This document shows positions 40,059 through 49,442 of a stretch of 64,000 nt of DNA, one piece after another. A program made the translations under genes and the position numbers. Under the pieces are notes generated by a model that made no database searches, had not been told where the DNA came from, and worked only from the letters and a program-made list of their open reading frames with translations. Every line of letters starts with the position of its first letter. The stretch's first letter is position 1. Where the stretch lies: NCBI GenBank assembly GCA_963736895.1, contig CAVTQU010000008.1, positions 436,535-500,534 of the forward strand, written 5' to 3'. The stretch comes from an uncultured Chloroflexia bacterium (lineage in GTDB: Bacteria; Chloroflexota; Limnocylindria; Limnocylindrales; CSP1-4).

Positions 40059-40868
40059 TCATACGTCGCCTGGTTCCCTCCAGGATGGCTCACGTTTCTC
40101 GAGGAACGCTCGCAGGCCTTCCTGGCCCTCGGCGCTGGTTCGCTGCGTAGCGATACGCCGTGCCGTGTGCCAGCGCGTCGACTCGTGCGGCAAGCCGCGG
40201 ACTTCTCGGACGATCGCCTTCGCGGCGCGGGCGGCTGTTGGCCCGGCCGCCAGCAGATCGTTGACCGCGGCATCGACGACCGAATCGAGCGCCTCTTCGC
40301 CCTCGACGACCTCATGGACGAGGCCGATGCGCAGGGCTCGCATCGCATCGAAGCGCTTGCCCGACGGGAAGAGTGCCCGGGCGTGGCTCTCCCCGATCTT
40401 GGTTATCACGAACGGGCTGATCACCGCTGGCAGGATACCGAGGCGCGTCTCGGTGAAGCCGAATTTCGCGCCGGTTTCGGCGATGACCAGGTCGCTGACC
40501 GCACACAGGCCCATGCCGCCGCCGAGCGCCGCGCCCTGGACGCGTGCGATGACCGGGACGGGGCAGGTGTCAATGGCATCGAACATCTCGGCCATGACCA
40601 TCGCGTCCTGCTCGTTCTGCTCTCGCGTCAAGCCCAGGCTCGCGCGCATCCAGGTGATGTCGGCTCCGGCGCAGAAGGACGGTCCATTGCCGGCAAGGAC
40701 GACGGCCCGCAGCTGATCTGGGGGCTCTTCGGCCAGCCTACGAAACGTTGAGCGCAGCTCCCCGATGAGCTCGGCATTGAACGCGTTGTGAACCTCCGGC
40801 CGATCGAGAGTGACGCGCGCGACGACCCCGCCCGGTCCGATCCGCGCCAGGTCGAGAGATTCGGACAT
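40059..40868 (-). CDS. liuC: Enoyl-CoA hydratase, methylglutaconyl-CoA hydratase type
   Basis: LDRPEVHNAFN, FCAGADI, GAALGGGMGL, FTETRLGILPAVISP, EGQEGLRAFLEKR. Confidence 0.88.
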   Translation of the reverse strand: MSESLDLARIGPGGVVARVTLDRPEVHNAFNAELIGELRSTFRRLAEEPPDQLRAVVLAGNGPSFCAGADITWMRASLGLTREQNEQDAMVMAEMFDAIDTCPVPVIARVQGAALGGGMGLCAVSDLVIAETGAKFGFTETRLGILPAVISPFVITKIGESHARALFPSGKRFDAMRALRIGLVHEVVEGEEALDSVVDAAVNDLLAAGPTAARAAKAIVREVRGLPHESTRWHTARRIATQRTSAEGQEGLRAFLEKREPSWREPGDV

Positions 40869-42160
40869 CAATCGGCCTGGCCGTGTGGCTCGTACTTGTA
40901 TAGGCGGCGGACGCCGATCGGGCGAAAGCCCATGCGCTGCAGGTTGGTGTTGCTTGCACCATCCGGCTCGGCCCAAGAGCCGACAAGGTCGCAGCCCTGC
41001 GCGATTGCGTGCCGGACGCGAGCGGCGATCAATGATCGCTGGATCCCCTGACCCTGGGCTTCGACCTGTACCGACGCGCCGCGCAACCAGCCCGCTCCGG
41101 CATTTACGTGGAGTGACGCGGCCCCAACAGGCTTGCCATTCAGCTCGGCGAGGAACAGCCACCGATGCGGCCACTTGGCGAGTCGCTCGTAGACCACGTG
41201 CCACGGATTTGGCTTGGTCGGATCGAGCAGACCGCTCGTAACCGCGGTGGTGCCGTGGACGTTGGAGTAGAGGCTCGCATCCTCGCGTCCGATGATGCGC
41301 ACGGTCAGGCCAGCCGGACCAGGCGCATCCGGCACGTTCAGCGGGTCCGCGGCATGGACATTGACCGTGGTCTCTGCCTCCGCGCCGGGCCAGGGAGACT
41401 CGTCGAGCCAGAGCCACCCGGCAGATTTGTGCTTGTCGTAGAACGCGTAGGCCGTGTCGATCAGGTTGGGATATTTGACGAAGCCCGAGGCGTGGTTGAA
41501 GGCGGGGCCCTCGAGCGAGGGAGCAGACGACATCGCCAGCTCACCGTCCTCCACGTAATCGATCGCAAGACCGCCGTCTATTGCCGCTCGCCACGAGGCA
41601 ATCATCGACTTTCGCTCGACCTTGTCGAGCCGGTCGAGCATCAGCCATTCGGCCGCCCTCGAATTTGGCGGAGCCGGTGTGATGGTGATCAAATCGCCTG
41701 GCTTGACTTCGCCCTCGGACAGCACCCGGGCATACATTCGACTGTCGGATGGATGCAGGTCGATCGACATGCGGCTGAATTGGCCGTCGGCGAAGTTGCC
41801 TATCTGGGTCTTGCACGGCGTCGCTGAGTTCGAGACCTCCAGCTGGAGCTCGTTGCCAACGCGGGCAATCGTGCCCACGGGCAGCAGCGACCACTCGACC
41901 CCTGTCGTAGTCAGGTTTTCGCCGACGCTCCCGGGCTCCACGGGGTGACCCTCGGCCTGGAGGCGCTCGATCGCCTCGATTCCGTACAGGCACACGGCCT
42001 GATACGGCCCGCCGTGCACCGTGTTCTCGCGGTGCTTGTCACCTTCGAGTCCGAACTTGCCGACCCAAGCCCGCTCGACCGGGCGCTTGGGCACGCCGCC
42101 GCCCGAAACGTTGACCTGAAGGACTCGACCAGTCGTCGGCAAGGCGCTGCCCGTCTTCAC
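40868..42160 (-). CDS. MOSC (YiiM-like) domain fused to GNAT domain
   Basis: VNVSGGGVPK, HGGPYQAVCLY, GENLTT, PC motif; C-terminal WLRGASV...QGQGIQRSLI, SNTNLQRMGF. Confidence 0.85.
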   Translation of the reverse strand: MKTGSALPTTGRVLQVNVSGGGVPKRPVERAWVGKFGLEGDKHRENTVHGGPYQAVCLYGIEAIERLQAEGHPVEPGSVGENLTTTGVEWSLLPVGTIARVGNELQLEVSNSATPCKTQIGNFADGQFSRMSIDLHPSDSRMYARVLSEGEVKPGDLITITPAPPNSRAAEWLMLDRLDKVERKSMIASWRAAIDGGLAIDYVEDGELAMSSAPSLEGPAFNHASGFVKYPNLIDTAYAFYDKHKSAGWLWLDESPWPGAEAETTVNVHAADPLNVPDAPGPAGLTVRIIGREDASLYSNVHGTTAVTSGLLDPTKPNPWHVVYERLAKWPHRWLFLAELNGKPVGAASLHVNAGAGWLRGASVQVEAQGQGIQRSLIAARVRHAIAQGCDLVGSWAEPDGASNTNLQRMGFRPIGVRRLYKYEPHGQAD

Positions 42161-42177
42161 GAGCCGATCCTAGTGGC

Positions 42178-42609
42178 CTATGTCCGCTCGGGCAGGTCCA
42201 TCACGTAAAGACCACATGTCTCGTCGAGCACACGCCTCACGGTGGCGTCTTCAACGGCCAACCAAAGCTCGAGCAATGGCCGCGCGATGAGCTCGTTGAG
42301 ATGTCCGCCCATCAGCGACAGATCGCGCCGGCCAAGACTGACGTGCGCATGGAGAAATGGAGCGTTCTCGCGGATCGTGACGTTGCCCACAAGGCTGATC
42401 AGCTCCATCTGCTCGTCGAAAGCATGGGTCTCGTAAGCCTTCTGCTCCCAGTTGAACCAAGAGAACGTCGCGTGCTGAACCGCCCCGAGCCCGGTGACGG
42501 AGGCGTACTCGATGCCTTGGGCAACGAGCCAGGGTGTCATCGACTCGACGAGGGGTTCGCCGGTCTCGAATCGGAGCTGGAACCGTTCACCAAACTGCTG
42601 AAATCGCAT
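42178..42609 (-). CDS. DUF296/PPC-domain protein
   Basis: VTGLGAV, MELISLVGNV, LHAHVSLG, MGGHL, ELW. Confidence 0.88.
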   Translation of the reverse strand: MRFQQFGERFQLRFETGEPLVESMTPWLVAQGIEYASVTGLGAVQHATFSWFNWEQKAYETHAFDEQMELISLVGNVTIRENAPFLHAHVSLGRRDLSLMGGHLNELIARPLLELWLAVEDATVRRVLDETCGLYVMDLPERT

Positions 42610-42800
42610 TCAGGTCGACTCCCTAAAACGGCCGAGTATCGCCTGCATCATTACCGATGCGTGAGCCGAGGGGTCAAGACCTCGACCCCACCCTCGACGA
42701 GTCGACTTCTGCGTCCGAGAATCGCTCACATCGATAATTCGGCCGTTCCGTGCGACAAGGACCTATGCGTCTTTTACGGCAGTCTTCTGCAACGCGTCTT

Positions 42801-43385
42801 ATGCCACGGTTAGTGCATGGCCTAACGATGTGGGCGATATTCGCTCTGTTTGTCGTCTGCTCATGCGCAAGCCCTGCCTCGAGCCCGGTTGCGAGCTCAG
42901 AACGGACCGCGCCGGTACGAACAGATGAAGGGAGGACAGCTGCCGTGACTTTCACATTGACCAGTTCAGCGTTCGCGGAGGGCGACCAGATCCCCGTCGA
43001 CAACACGTGTGACGGCGCCAATCAGCCGATCCCGCTCGAGTGGAGCGGCGTGCCGGATGGCACGGCCGAACTGGCGCTCATCATGGATGACCCGACCGCC
43101 CGCGGCTTCGTCCACTGGGTGGTGGTTGGGATTCCATCCGACGCGACCGGCATTCAAGGCGATCTTCCGGTGGGTGCTACAGCGGGAAAGGGCAGCTTCG
43201 CGAAGGCGGGCTACGGCGGACCCTGCCCACCGTCGGGTACCCACACCTACGACTTCACGCTCTACGCGCTGTCAGCCCCGCTCAACCTTGGTGGCACGCC
43301 GACTGCCGATCAGGTGCGCTCAGCCGCGGCCGACAAGACCATCGAGCAGGCAAAGCTCAGTGGGAGGTACACCCGCCAGCGTTAG
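42801..43385 (+). CDS. YbhB/YbcL (PEBP) family protein, probable lipoprotein
   Basis: LTSSAFAEGDQIP, LALIMDDP, FVHWVV, YGGPCPPSGTHTY-F-LYAL; start uncertain (42801 or 42828). Confidence 0.88.
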   Translation: MPRLVHGLTMWAIFALFVVCSCASPASSPVASSERTAPVRTDEGRTAAVTFTLTSSAFAEGDQIPVDNTCDGANQPIPLEWSGVPDGTAELALIMDDPTARGFVHWVVVGIPSDATGIQGDLPVGATAGKGSFAKAGYGGPCPPSGTHTYDFTLYALSAPLNLGGTPTADQVRSAAADKTIEQAKLSGRYTRQR

Positions 43386-43437
43386 TCTTCCGCGCGATGA
43401 ACGCGCGCTTGCGGCTGCTGGCGCACCGATCTGACCG

Positions 43438-44649
43438 TCAGCCGCGGCTGGTTCGGAGGAGCTCCTCACCGTCGTCGAACGTCGCCTGCGGTGACTCGTC
43501 GCCGCGCATCACGGCCCAGCCACCGGCCGCAACCAGCAACGCCAGGAACGCCAGGACGCCGATCGCGATGCTCAGGGTCGTGGCCTCGGCGATCAAGCCC
43601 ACGAGGGCTGGCCCCACGATGAAACCCGTGTAGCCGATCGTTGTAACGCGCGCGATCGCCGCGGCACGCCCGGCCGGGCTGGCAAGCCTGCCGGCACGGG
43701 CGAACAGTGCCGGAGCGACGGTGCTGATGCCGGCCCCGGCAAAGAAGAGTCCGATCAGGGCGACCAGCGGCGTGGGAGCGGCCGCGAGCACTGCCGTGCC
43801 GGCTGCAGAAACGAGGGCACCGCCCGACAGCAGCATCCGCTCGCTGAGTCGATCCCCAAACCGCTGACCAAATATGCGGCCGAGGAACATCGCTCCGGCA
43901 AACACGCCAGGCGCCGCACCTCCGAGAGCAGGCGAAGCGCCGAGGCCACCCTCGATGTGCAGCGCACTCCAGCTCTGGACGGCGTCCTCAACGAGGAACG
44001 CGGCGGCGCAGAGCGCGGCCAGGAACGCCAATCCGCCGAGGCCGGTAGCGGGCGAGCTGGAAGCAGCAGCGTCTTCGGTCTGGGAGGGCCGTTTCGCGAC
44101 ACGAGCGGTGCCGATGGAGCCGATGGCGACCACGGCGACGAACAGGGCTACGCTGATCAGCACCGGCGCCGGCCCGGCTCCGGCTTGTCGCGCCAGCCCC
44201 GTGGCAACGGCCGACACCAGAACCGCCAGCGAGAACATCGCGTGGGCGCCGAACATCAGTCGCGTCCCGCGCTCCGCTTCCACGTCGCTGACGGCCGCGT
44301 TCATGGAAACGTCCAACGCCCCGGATCCGGCTCCGGCGAGCGCTCCAAACAAGGCGAGCGTGAGAGGCGTCGTGGCAAAGATGGGTCCGACGATCGTCGC
44401 CGCGAAGATCAGGCCGCAGATCGGCAGCATCCACCAGCCCAGTCGCGGCCACAGGCGACCGGCGACGAGCATCGCCGGGATGGCGCCGACGCCCGCGAAC
44501 AGCAGCGCCACACCGAGTTCGCCATCGGTCGCGCCAACCTGAGACTTGAGATCGGGTATGAGCGCCGCCCACGCTCCCCAGAACGAGCCCAGCGCGGCGA
44601 AGCAAGCCAGCGGCCAGCGCGCGCTCATGCTTGGGCGGTCAAGCGACAT
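43438..44649 (-). CDS. Major facilitator superfamily transporter
   Basis: GSFWGAWAALIP, DVSMNAAV, GRIFGQRFGDRL, GYTGFIVGPALVG; about 12 TM helices. Confidence 0.88.
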   Translation of the reverse strand: MSLDRPSMSARWPLACFAALGSFWGAWAALIPDLKSQVGATDGELGVALLFAGVGAIPAMLVAGRLWPRLGWWMLPICGLIFAATIVGPIFATTPLTLALFGALAGAGSGALDVSMNAAVSDVEAERGTRLMFGAHAMFSLAVLVSAVATGLARQAGAGPAPVLISVALFVAVVAIGSIGTARVAKRPSQTEDAAASSSPATGLGGLAFLAALCAAAFLVEDAVQSWSALHIEGGLGASPALGGAAPGVFAGAMFLGRIFGQRFGDRLSERMLLSGGALVSAAGTAVLAAAPTPLVALIGLFFAGAGISTVAPALFARAGRLASPAGRAAAIARVTTIGYTGFIVGPALVGLIAEATTLSIAIGVLAFLALLVAAGGWAVMRGDESPQATFDDGEELLRTSRG

Positions 44650-44773
44650 CTGCGCCGATGCTACGTTGCGACCGTCCCAAGACGGATAGTCAAAGCAAAT
44701 TTGAACGCCATGGATGGCCATCGACTCATTAGGGTCGGAAGGCGTCCCCAATGGACGCCAGAAGGACTGTCAG

Positions 44774-45331
44774 GTGGATCGCGACCTCGTTGAGCAGGCG
44801 CAGAGGGGGGACCGGGAGGCCTTTGCCATCCTGGCCAGAACCCACGGTGACCGGCTCATGGCGATCGCCTACCGGATCTTGCGGGATGTCGGACGGGCCG
44901 AGGACGCCGTACAGCAGACGCTGGTGATCGCATGGCGCCAGTTGCATGGCCTCCGCGATCCGGACCGTTTCGACGCGTGGATTCAGCGCCTTCTTGTCCA
45001 CGCCAGCTACGCCGAGGCGCGTCGCTGGAAATCGTGGAATGCGAATGTTCGAGTCTTACCACTCGACGAGCCCGCTGGCCTCGATGAGGGGATGTCGGTG
45101 CACAACCGCGATCTGCTCGAACGGGGTTTCCGGCGACTGCCGCCAGACCAGCGGGCAATCCTTGTCTTTACGCATTACCTGGGCCTGACGCCAACCGAGA
45201 TTGCCGAACGACTGGAAATCCCGGTTGGCACGGCTCGTTCACGACTTCACTACGCCCACCGGGCGATGCGCGCGTCCCTCGAGGCCGATGAGCGACCGTC
45301 AGCGGTGGCAGCCGGAGGGCGCAACCGATGA
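44774..45331 (+). CDS. ECF RNA polymerase sigma factor (paralog A)
   Basis: AEDAVQQ...AWRQL, LRDPDRFDAW, EIAERLEIPVGTARSRLHYA. Confidence 0.92.
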   Translation: MDRDLVEQAQRGDREAFAILARTHGDRLMAIAYRILRDVGRAEDAVQQTLVIAWRQLHGLRDPDRFDAWIQRLLVHASYAEARRWKSWNANVRVLPLDEPAGLDEGMSVHNRDLLERGFRRLPPDQRAILVFTHYLGLTPTEIAERLEIPVGTARSRLHYAHRAMRASLEADERPSAVAAGGRNR

Positions 45332-46740
45332 CCGGTCAGCGCGAGCTCGAAAGCCTGCTCGTCGACTTCTTCGATCAGGGGCCTGTGCAGGTCGCGGACC
45401 GCGTGATCGAGGCTGCCCTCGTCGCAATTGACAGCAACACTGAGGCGCGCCGCTTGACGGCGCCGCGGAGGATCCGACTGATGAGCACCTTCAGGCGCCT
45501 CGCGGTGGCAGCCGTTTTCGGGCTGCTCGCCGTCGCGGCCGCTCTCTACTTCTCCCGGCCGCCCACGCAGATTGGCGCCACTCCCACACCGTCAGTAGGC
45601 GCCCGCTCAAGCCAGAACGTGGGCGTCGTCCCGAGTCCGACAGACTCGATGGCACCCGAAACCGCGCCGCCGACGACGCCGGTAACGCCGTCGCCTACCG
45701 CCACTTCCACTGCGACGGCTGGGGCGCTGATCGCGTACGTGCGCCAAATCGACAAGCCGGTGACCGCCATCGCGGACCCGAGCGTTTCGTGCCGACCCGT
45801 CGGCGAGGGTCCGACGTGTCCCGTGGATCGCGTGTGGCTGATCGGCACTGACGGAACAGGTTCGCGGGAACTCGTTCCCGATGGCACGGAACGGCAGCAG
45901 CTGCTCGGCTGGTCGCCCGATGGCAAGTACGTCATGTACACGGAGACCGACGTCGTGTACTTGTTCGACGTTGAGAGCGGTGAACCCGGGGCTCTCGACA
46001 TCGGATGTAAGCGGCATTGCTCAGGCGACGCAGCCCCACAGTTCTCGAGCGACGGTCAAGCCCTCGTCTTCACCCGCCGTGACCCGTCGGGCGGAAGCAT
46101 GGCTTTGGCGACGATGGATCTCGCCAGCGGTCAGATCGTCCAGCTGAGGTCGACCTCGGCCAATGGCGGGAGGAGTCCCGTCTGGGGGTGGAGTCCCGTC
46201 TGGTCTCCCGATCGCCAGCAGATTGTCTTCACCGGCGACAGTTGGGAGGCGGACCAGTTTGGTGACATGAATTGGGCCGCGTTCATCGTCGACGCGAACG
46301 GCGCGAACCTCCGTCAGGTCACTCCACCGAGCCTGGACGCGACAGATGCACGGTGGTCGCCCGATGGATCGCGGATCCTGTTCGACTCGTTCACCGCGGC
46401 GTTCGGTCCCTACATCAACACCATTCGCCCAGACGGAAGCGACCTGCGCCCGCTGATGACCGACGGCAACTCGCTTGGAGGTTCCTGGACTCCGGACGGG
46501 CGTATCTTGTTCGTGCGCAGGAGCTTTCCAAGTCAGTCCGCTTTGTGGACGATGGACGCCGATGGCGCCAACGCGACGGAGTTGATATCTGCCGATATCA
46601 CCGGCATCCGCGGCCTGCCCAATTCCATGTACTCCCCGAATGCGGCGTTCTGGCAACCGAGCGGCGGAGCGGCAATCGTGCCTCCGCCGTGGAATCCCCA
46701 CGTCGGCGACCCCGTTGGACCGCCGGCGCCGACACCCTAG
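45328..46740 (+). CDS. Putative anti-sigma factor with TolB/PD40-like beta-propeller
   Basis: ATGA-coupled to the sigma gene; short cytoplasmic N-terminus, TM helix, P/T linker, repeated WSPDG blades. Confidence 0.75.
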   Translation: MTGQRELESLLVDFFDQGPVQVADRVIEAALVAIDSNTEARRLTAPRRIRLMSTFRRLAVAAVFGLLAVAAALYFSRPPTQIGATPTPSVGARSSQNVGVVPSPTDSMAPETAPPTTPVTPSPTATSTATAGALIAYVRQIDKPVTAIADPSVSCRPVGEGPTCPVDRVWLIGTDGTGSRELVPDGTERQQLLGWSPDGKYVMYTETDVVYLFDVESGEPGALDIGCKRHCSGDAAPQFSSDGQALVFTRRDPSGGSMALATMDLASGQIVQLRSTSANGGRSPVWGWSPVWSPDRQQIVFTGDSWEADQFGDMNWAAFIVDANGANLRQVTPPSLDATDARWSPDGSRILFDSFTAAFGPYINTIRPDGSDLRPLMTDGNSLGGSWTPDGRILFVRRSFPSQSALWTMDADGANATELISADITGIRGLPNSMYSPNAAFWQPSGGAAIVPPPWNPHVGDPVGPPAPTP

Positions 46741-46818
46741 CTACGCCACGCACGAGCCGGCGCCCGGTTTCACGGGACTCGGCGGGTCTCTACGAGACGT
46801 GAGCTCGCAGACCGCTGA

Positions 46819-48450
46819 TCACATCCGGAAGACGCCGAACTTGGTCTCCGATATCGGCGCGTTCAGAGCCGCGCCAATGGCGATCGCCAGCACGTCGCGC
46901 GTCTGGGCGGGGTCGATCACGCCGTCGTCCCAGAGTCGGGCGGTCGAGTAATAGGGATTGCCCTCGCGCTCGTATTTCGCGCGGATCTCCTCGCGGTAGG
47001 CCTCCCGCTCCTCCTCGGAGCCGAACGTGCCGACCATCGACAGCACCATCGCCGCCTGTTCGCCGCCCATCACGCTGATGCGCGCGTTGGGCCACATCCA
47101 CAGCCCGCGGCTGCCGTAGGCACGGCCGGCCATGCCGTAGTTCCCGGCGCCGAACGAGCCGCCGATGATCACCGTGAACTTGGGCACGGACGTGGTCGCC
47201 ACGGCCGTCACCAGCTTCGCGCCGTCCTTGGCTATGCCGCCGGCTTCGTATTCGCGCCCGACCATGAAGCCGGTGATGTTCTGCAGGAACACCAGCGGCA
47301 CCCGGCGCTGCGAAGCGAGCTCGATGAAGTGCGCACCCTTCAACGCCGATTCGCTGAACAGCACGCCGTTGTTGGCGAGGATGCCGATTGGATAGCCATC
47401 CAAGTGGGCAAAGCCGGTCACCAGCGTCTCGCCGTAGCCGGCCTTGAACTCGTGGAACTCGGACCCATCCACCAGGCGGGCGATCACCTCGTGGACGTCG
47501 TACCCGCGCCGCAGGTCGGGTGTCACCGCGCCGTAGATCCCGTACGGATCGTCGGCCGCCACCGCGTCATCTGGATCGGGCGTGGCCACGGCTGGTTGTC
47601 GGAAGGCGAGTCGGGCCCACGGCGCTTCGGGCTTCTTCCAGGCCAGGCTGGCGATGATCTCTCGTCCGATCGCCAGCGCGTGCTCGTCATCGAGCGCCTC
47701 GTGGTCTGCCACGCCGCTGATGCGGGCGTGGACGCTGGCTCCGCCGAGCTCCTCGGCCGTGACGTCCTCGCCGGTCGCAGCCTTCACCAATGGCGGGCCG
47801 CCGAGGAAGATCGTCCCGGTGCCGCGGACGATGACCGTCTCGTCGCTCATGGCCGGCACGTACGCGCCACCGGCCGTGCTGCTGCCCATGACCAGCGCGA
47901 CCTGCGCGATGCCCGCCGCCGACATCTGCGCCTGGTTGTAGAAGATGCGGCCGAAGTGCTCGCGGTCGGGAAACACGTCGTCCTGGAGCGGCAGGAAGGC
48001 GCCGCCCGAGTCGACCAGATAGATGCACGGCAGGTGGTTGGCGAGCGCGATCTCCTGGGCGCGCAGGTGCTTCTTGACGGTCATCGGGTAGTAGGTGCCG
48101 CCCTTCACGGTCGCGTCGTTGGCGACGATCACGACATCGGTGCCGCTGACCCTGCCGATGCCCGTGACCATGCCGGCGCCGGGGGCCTCGTCGTCGTACA
48201 TGCCGTTGGCGGCGAGTGGCGACAGCTCGAGGAAGGCAGCTCCTGGGTCGAGCAGTCTGTCTATCCGTTCGCGAACAGGGAGCTTGCCGCGCTCACGATG
48301 TCGGGCGATCGACCGCTCGTCGCCGGCCGCGCCACGCTCGCTGATCGCGGCCGTCTTGGCGCGCAGCTCAGCCACCAACGCACGCATCGCGGCCGCGTTC
48401 GCCCGCGCCTCATCGCTGGTTGGGTCGACTCGCGTCGTCAGCACGGCCAC
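46819..48450 (-). CDS. liuB: Methylcrotonyl-CoA carboxylase beta (carboxyltransferase) subunit
   Basis: [61 protein letters not shown]. Confidence 0.93.
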   Translation of the reverse strand: MAVLTTRVDPTSDEARANAAAMRALVAELRAKTAAISERGAAGDERSIARHRERGKLPVRERIDRLLDPGAAFLELSPLAANGMYDDEAPGAGMVTGIGRVSGTDVVIVANDATVKGGTYYPMTVKKHLRAQEIALANHLPCIYLVDSGGAFLPLQDDVFPDREHFGRIFYNQAQMSAAGIAQVALVMGSSTAGGAYVPAMSDETVIVRGTGTIFLGGPPLVKAATGEDVTAEELGGASVHARISGVADHEALDDEHALAIGREIIASLAWKKPEAPWARLAFRQPAVATPDPDDAVAADDPYGIYGAVTPDLRRGYDVHEVIARLVDGSEFHEFKAGYGETLVTGFAHLDGYPIGILANNGVLFSESALKGAHFIELASQRRVPLVFLQNITGFMVGREYEAGGIAKDGAKLVTAVATTSVPKFTVIIGGSFGAGNYGMAGRAYGSRGLWMWPNARISVMGGEQAAMVLSMVGTFGSEEEREAYREEIRAKYEREGNPYYSTARLWDDGVIDPAQTRDVLAIAIGAALNAPISETKFGVFRM

Positions 48451-48481
48451 GCGCCGATGTTACGGGCACGGGGATACGAAG

Positions 48482-48511
48482 AGGCGCCGAGTCCTTACGA
48501 ACTCGGCGCCT
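48482..48511 (-). terminator. 11-bp hairpin terminator after the lipoprotein gene
   Basis: AGGCGCCGAGT...ACTCGGCGCCT, followed on the minus strand by CTTCGT. Confidence 0.55.
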
Positions 48512-48559
48512 TACCGCGGAGGGGGATCGGGTCGCGTCTGTCAGATGGGTCCGATGCTG

Positions 48560-49294
48560 TCAGTTCGCCGGTTCGAACTCGACGGAGTCGAGGATGGCCT
48601 GCTCCTCAGCGAGTCCCTCGGCCGTCGCCTCTGGGAAGTGGAACGCCCACGCGACCACTCGCGTGCCATCGAGATCGAGCACCCAGGTGCGAACGACTTG
48701 TCCGGGGCCGTCGACGAAGAAGTAGATGCCTTGTTCGTCGGCCGCAAGGTAGAACGAATTTGCCGGGCACGGCAGCTCGTCATCGACCGTCAGCTCGATG
48801 TGCGTCGCCGGCCGTCCCCCGAGCGTCGTCTGGACCGGCTCGGTCGAGGTCAGGTTCGGGATATCGGCAAACGCCGCGATCAGGTCGTCGACGGTCGGCC
48901 CGACCTCGGGCGTCCGGAGCAGGTGACCGCAGGGGTCGGCGTACGTGTTGGCGATCGTGCCGAACCACACGAACATGCCGGTCGGAGGAAGAGTGTCCCC
49001 GCGGACGACCGAGTGCGAGTCGGCTGGCTCGGGGTCGGCCCGTTGCCAAGCGGGCGGCACGTCGACCACGACGCGAAGGGCTTCGGGGCCGTCGGTCACG
49101 TTTAGTCGCACCTGCCGGGTGGCGATCGACGGCGCCTGTGTCGCTGTCGGCGCGGGAGTCGCCGCAGGTGTGGCCGGCGGAGGCTGCGTCGGCGTTGGGG
49201 CGGGCGATGCCGAGGGTGCAGCGGTAGGGGCCGCGCCGGAACAGCCAGCGAGGATGCTCAAGGCGACGGAAGCAGCAAGGATCGTTCGGTTCAT
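48560..49294 (-). CDS. Hypothetical lipoprotein
   Basis: GGAGG RBS, lipobox ILAGC, P/T/A linker, globular C-terminal domain. Confidence 0.8.
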   Translation of the reverse strand: MNRTILAASVALSILAGCSGAAPTAAPSASPAPTPTQPPPATPAATPAPTATQAPSIATRQVRLNVTDGPEALRVVVDVPPAWQRADPEPADSHSVVRGDTLPPTGMFVWFGTIANTYADPCGHLLRTPEVGPTVDDLIAAFADIPNLTSTEPVQTTLGGRPATHIELTVDDELPCPANSFYLAADEQGIYFFVDGPGQVVRTWVLDLDGTRVVAWAFHFPEATAEGLAEEQAILDSVEFEPAN

Positions 49295-49442
49295 CGGTTC
49301 CTCCATGGCAGCGCGAAGCTGCGACTTCGTTTGATGACGGGACAGCAGGGCGTCGAGTGGCTCGGACGGTCGGAGAGTCAGCTCGTGTCAGGTTCGGTCT
49401 TGGTGCGTGGAACCGGTCCAGACACTCGCAGTACCTGATGCA

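Noticed and set aside
47329-49227. Long antisense or alternate-frame ORFs (also 5464..6876, 11152..12249, 28088..29752, 54186..55667)
   Set aside because: They are shadow ORFs opposite well-supported genes, typical of high-GC DNA, and contain no recognisable motifs.
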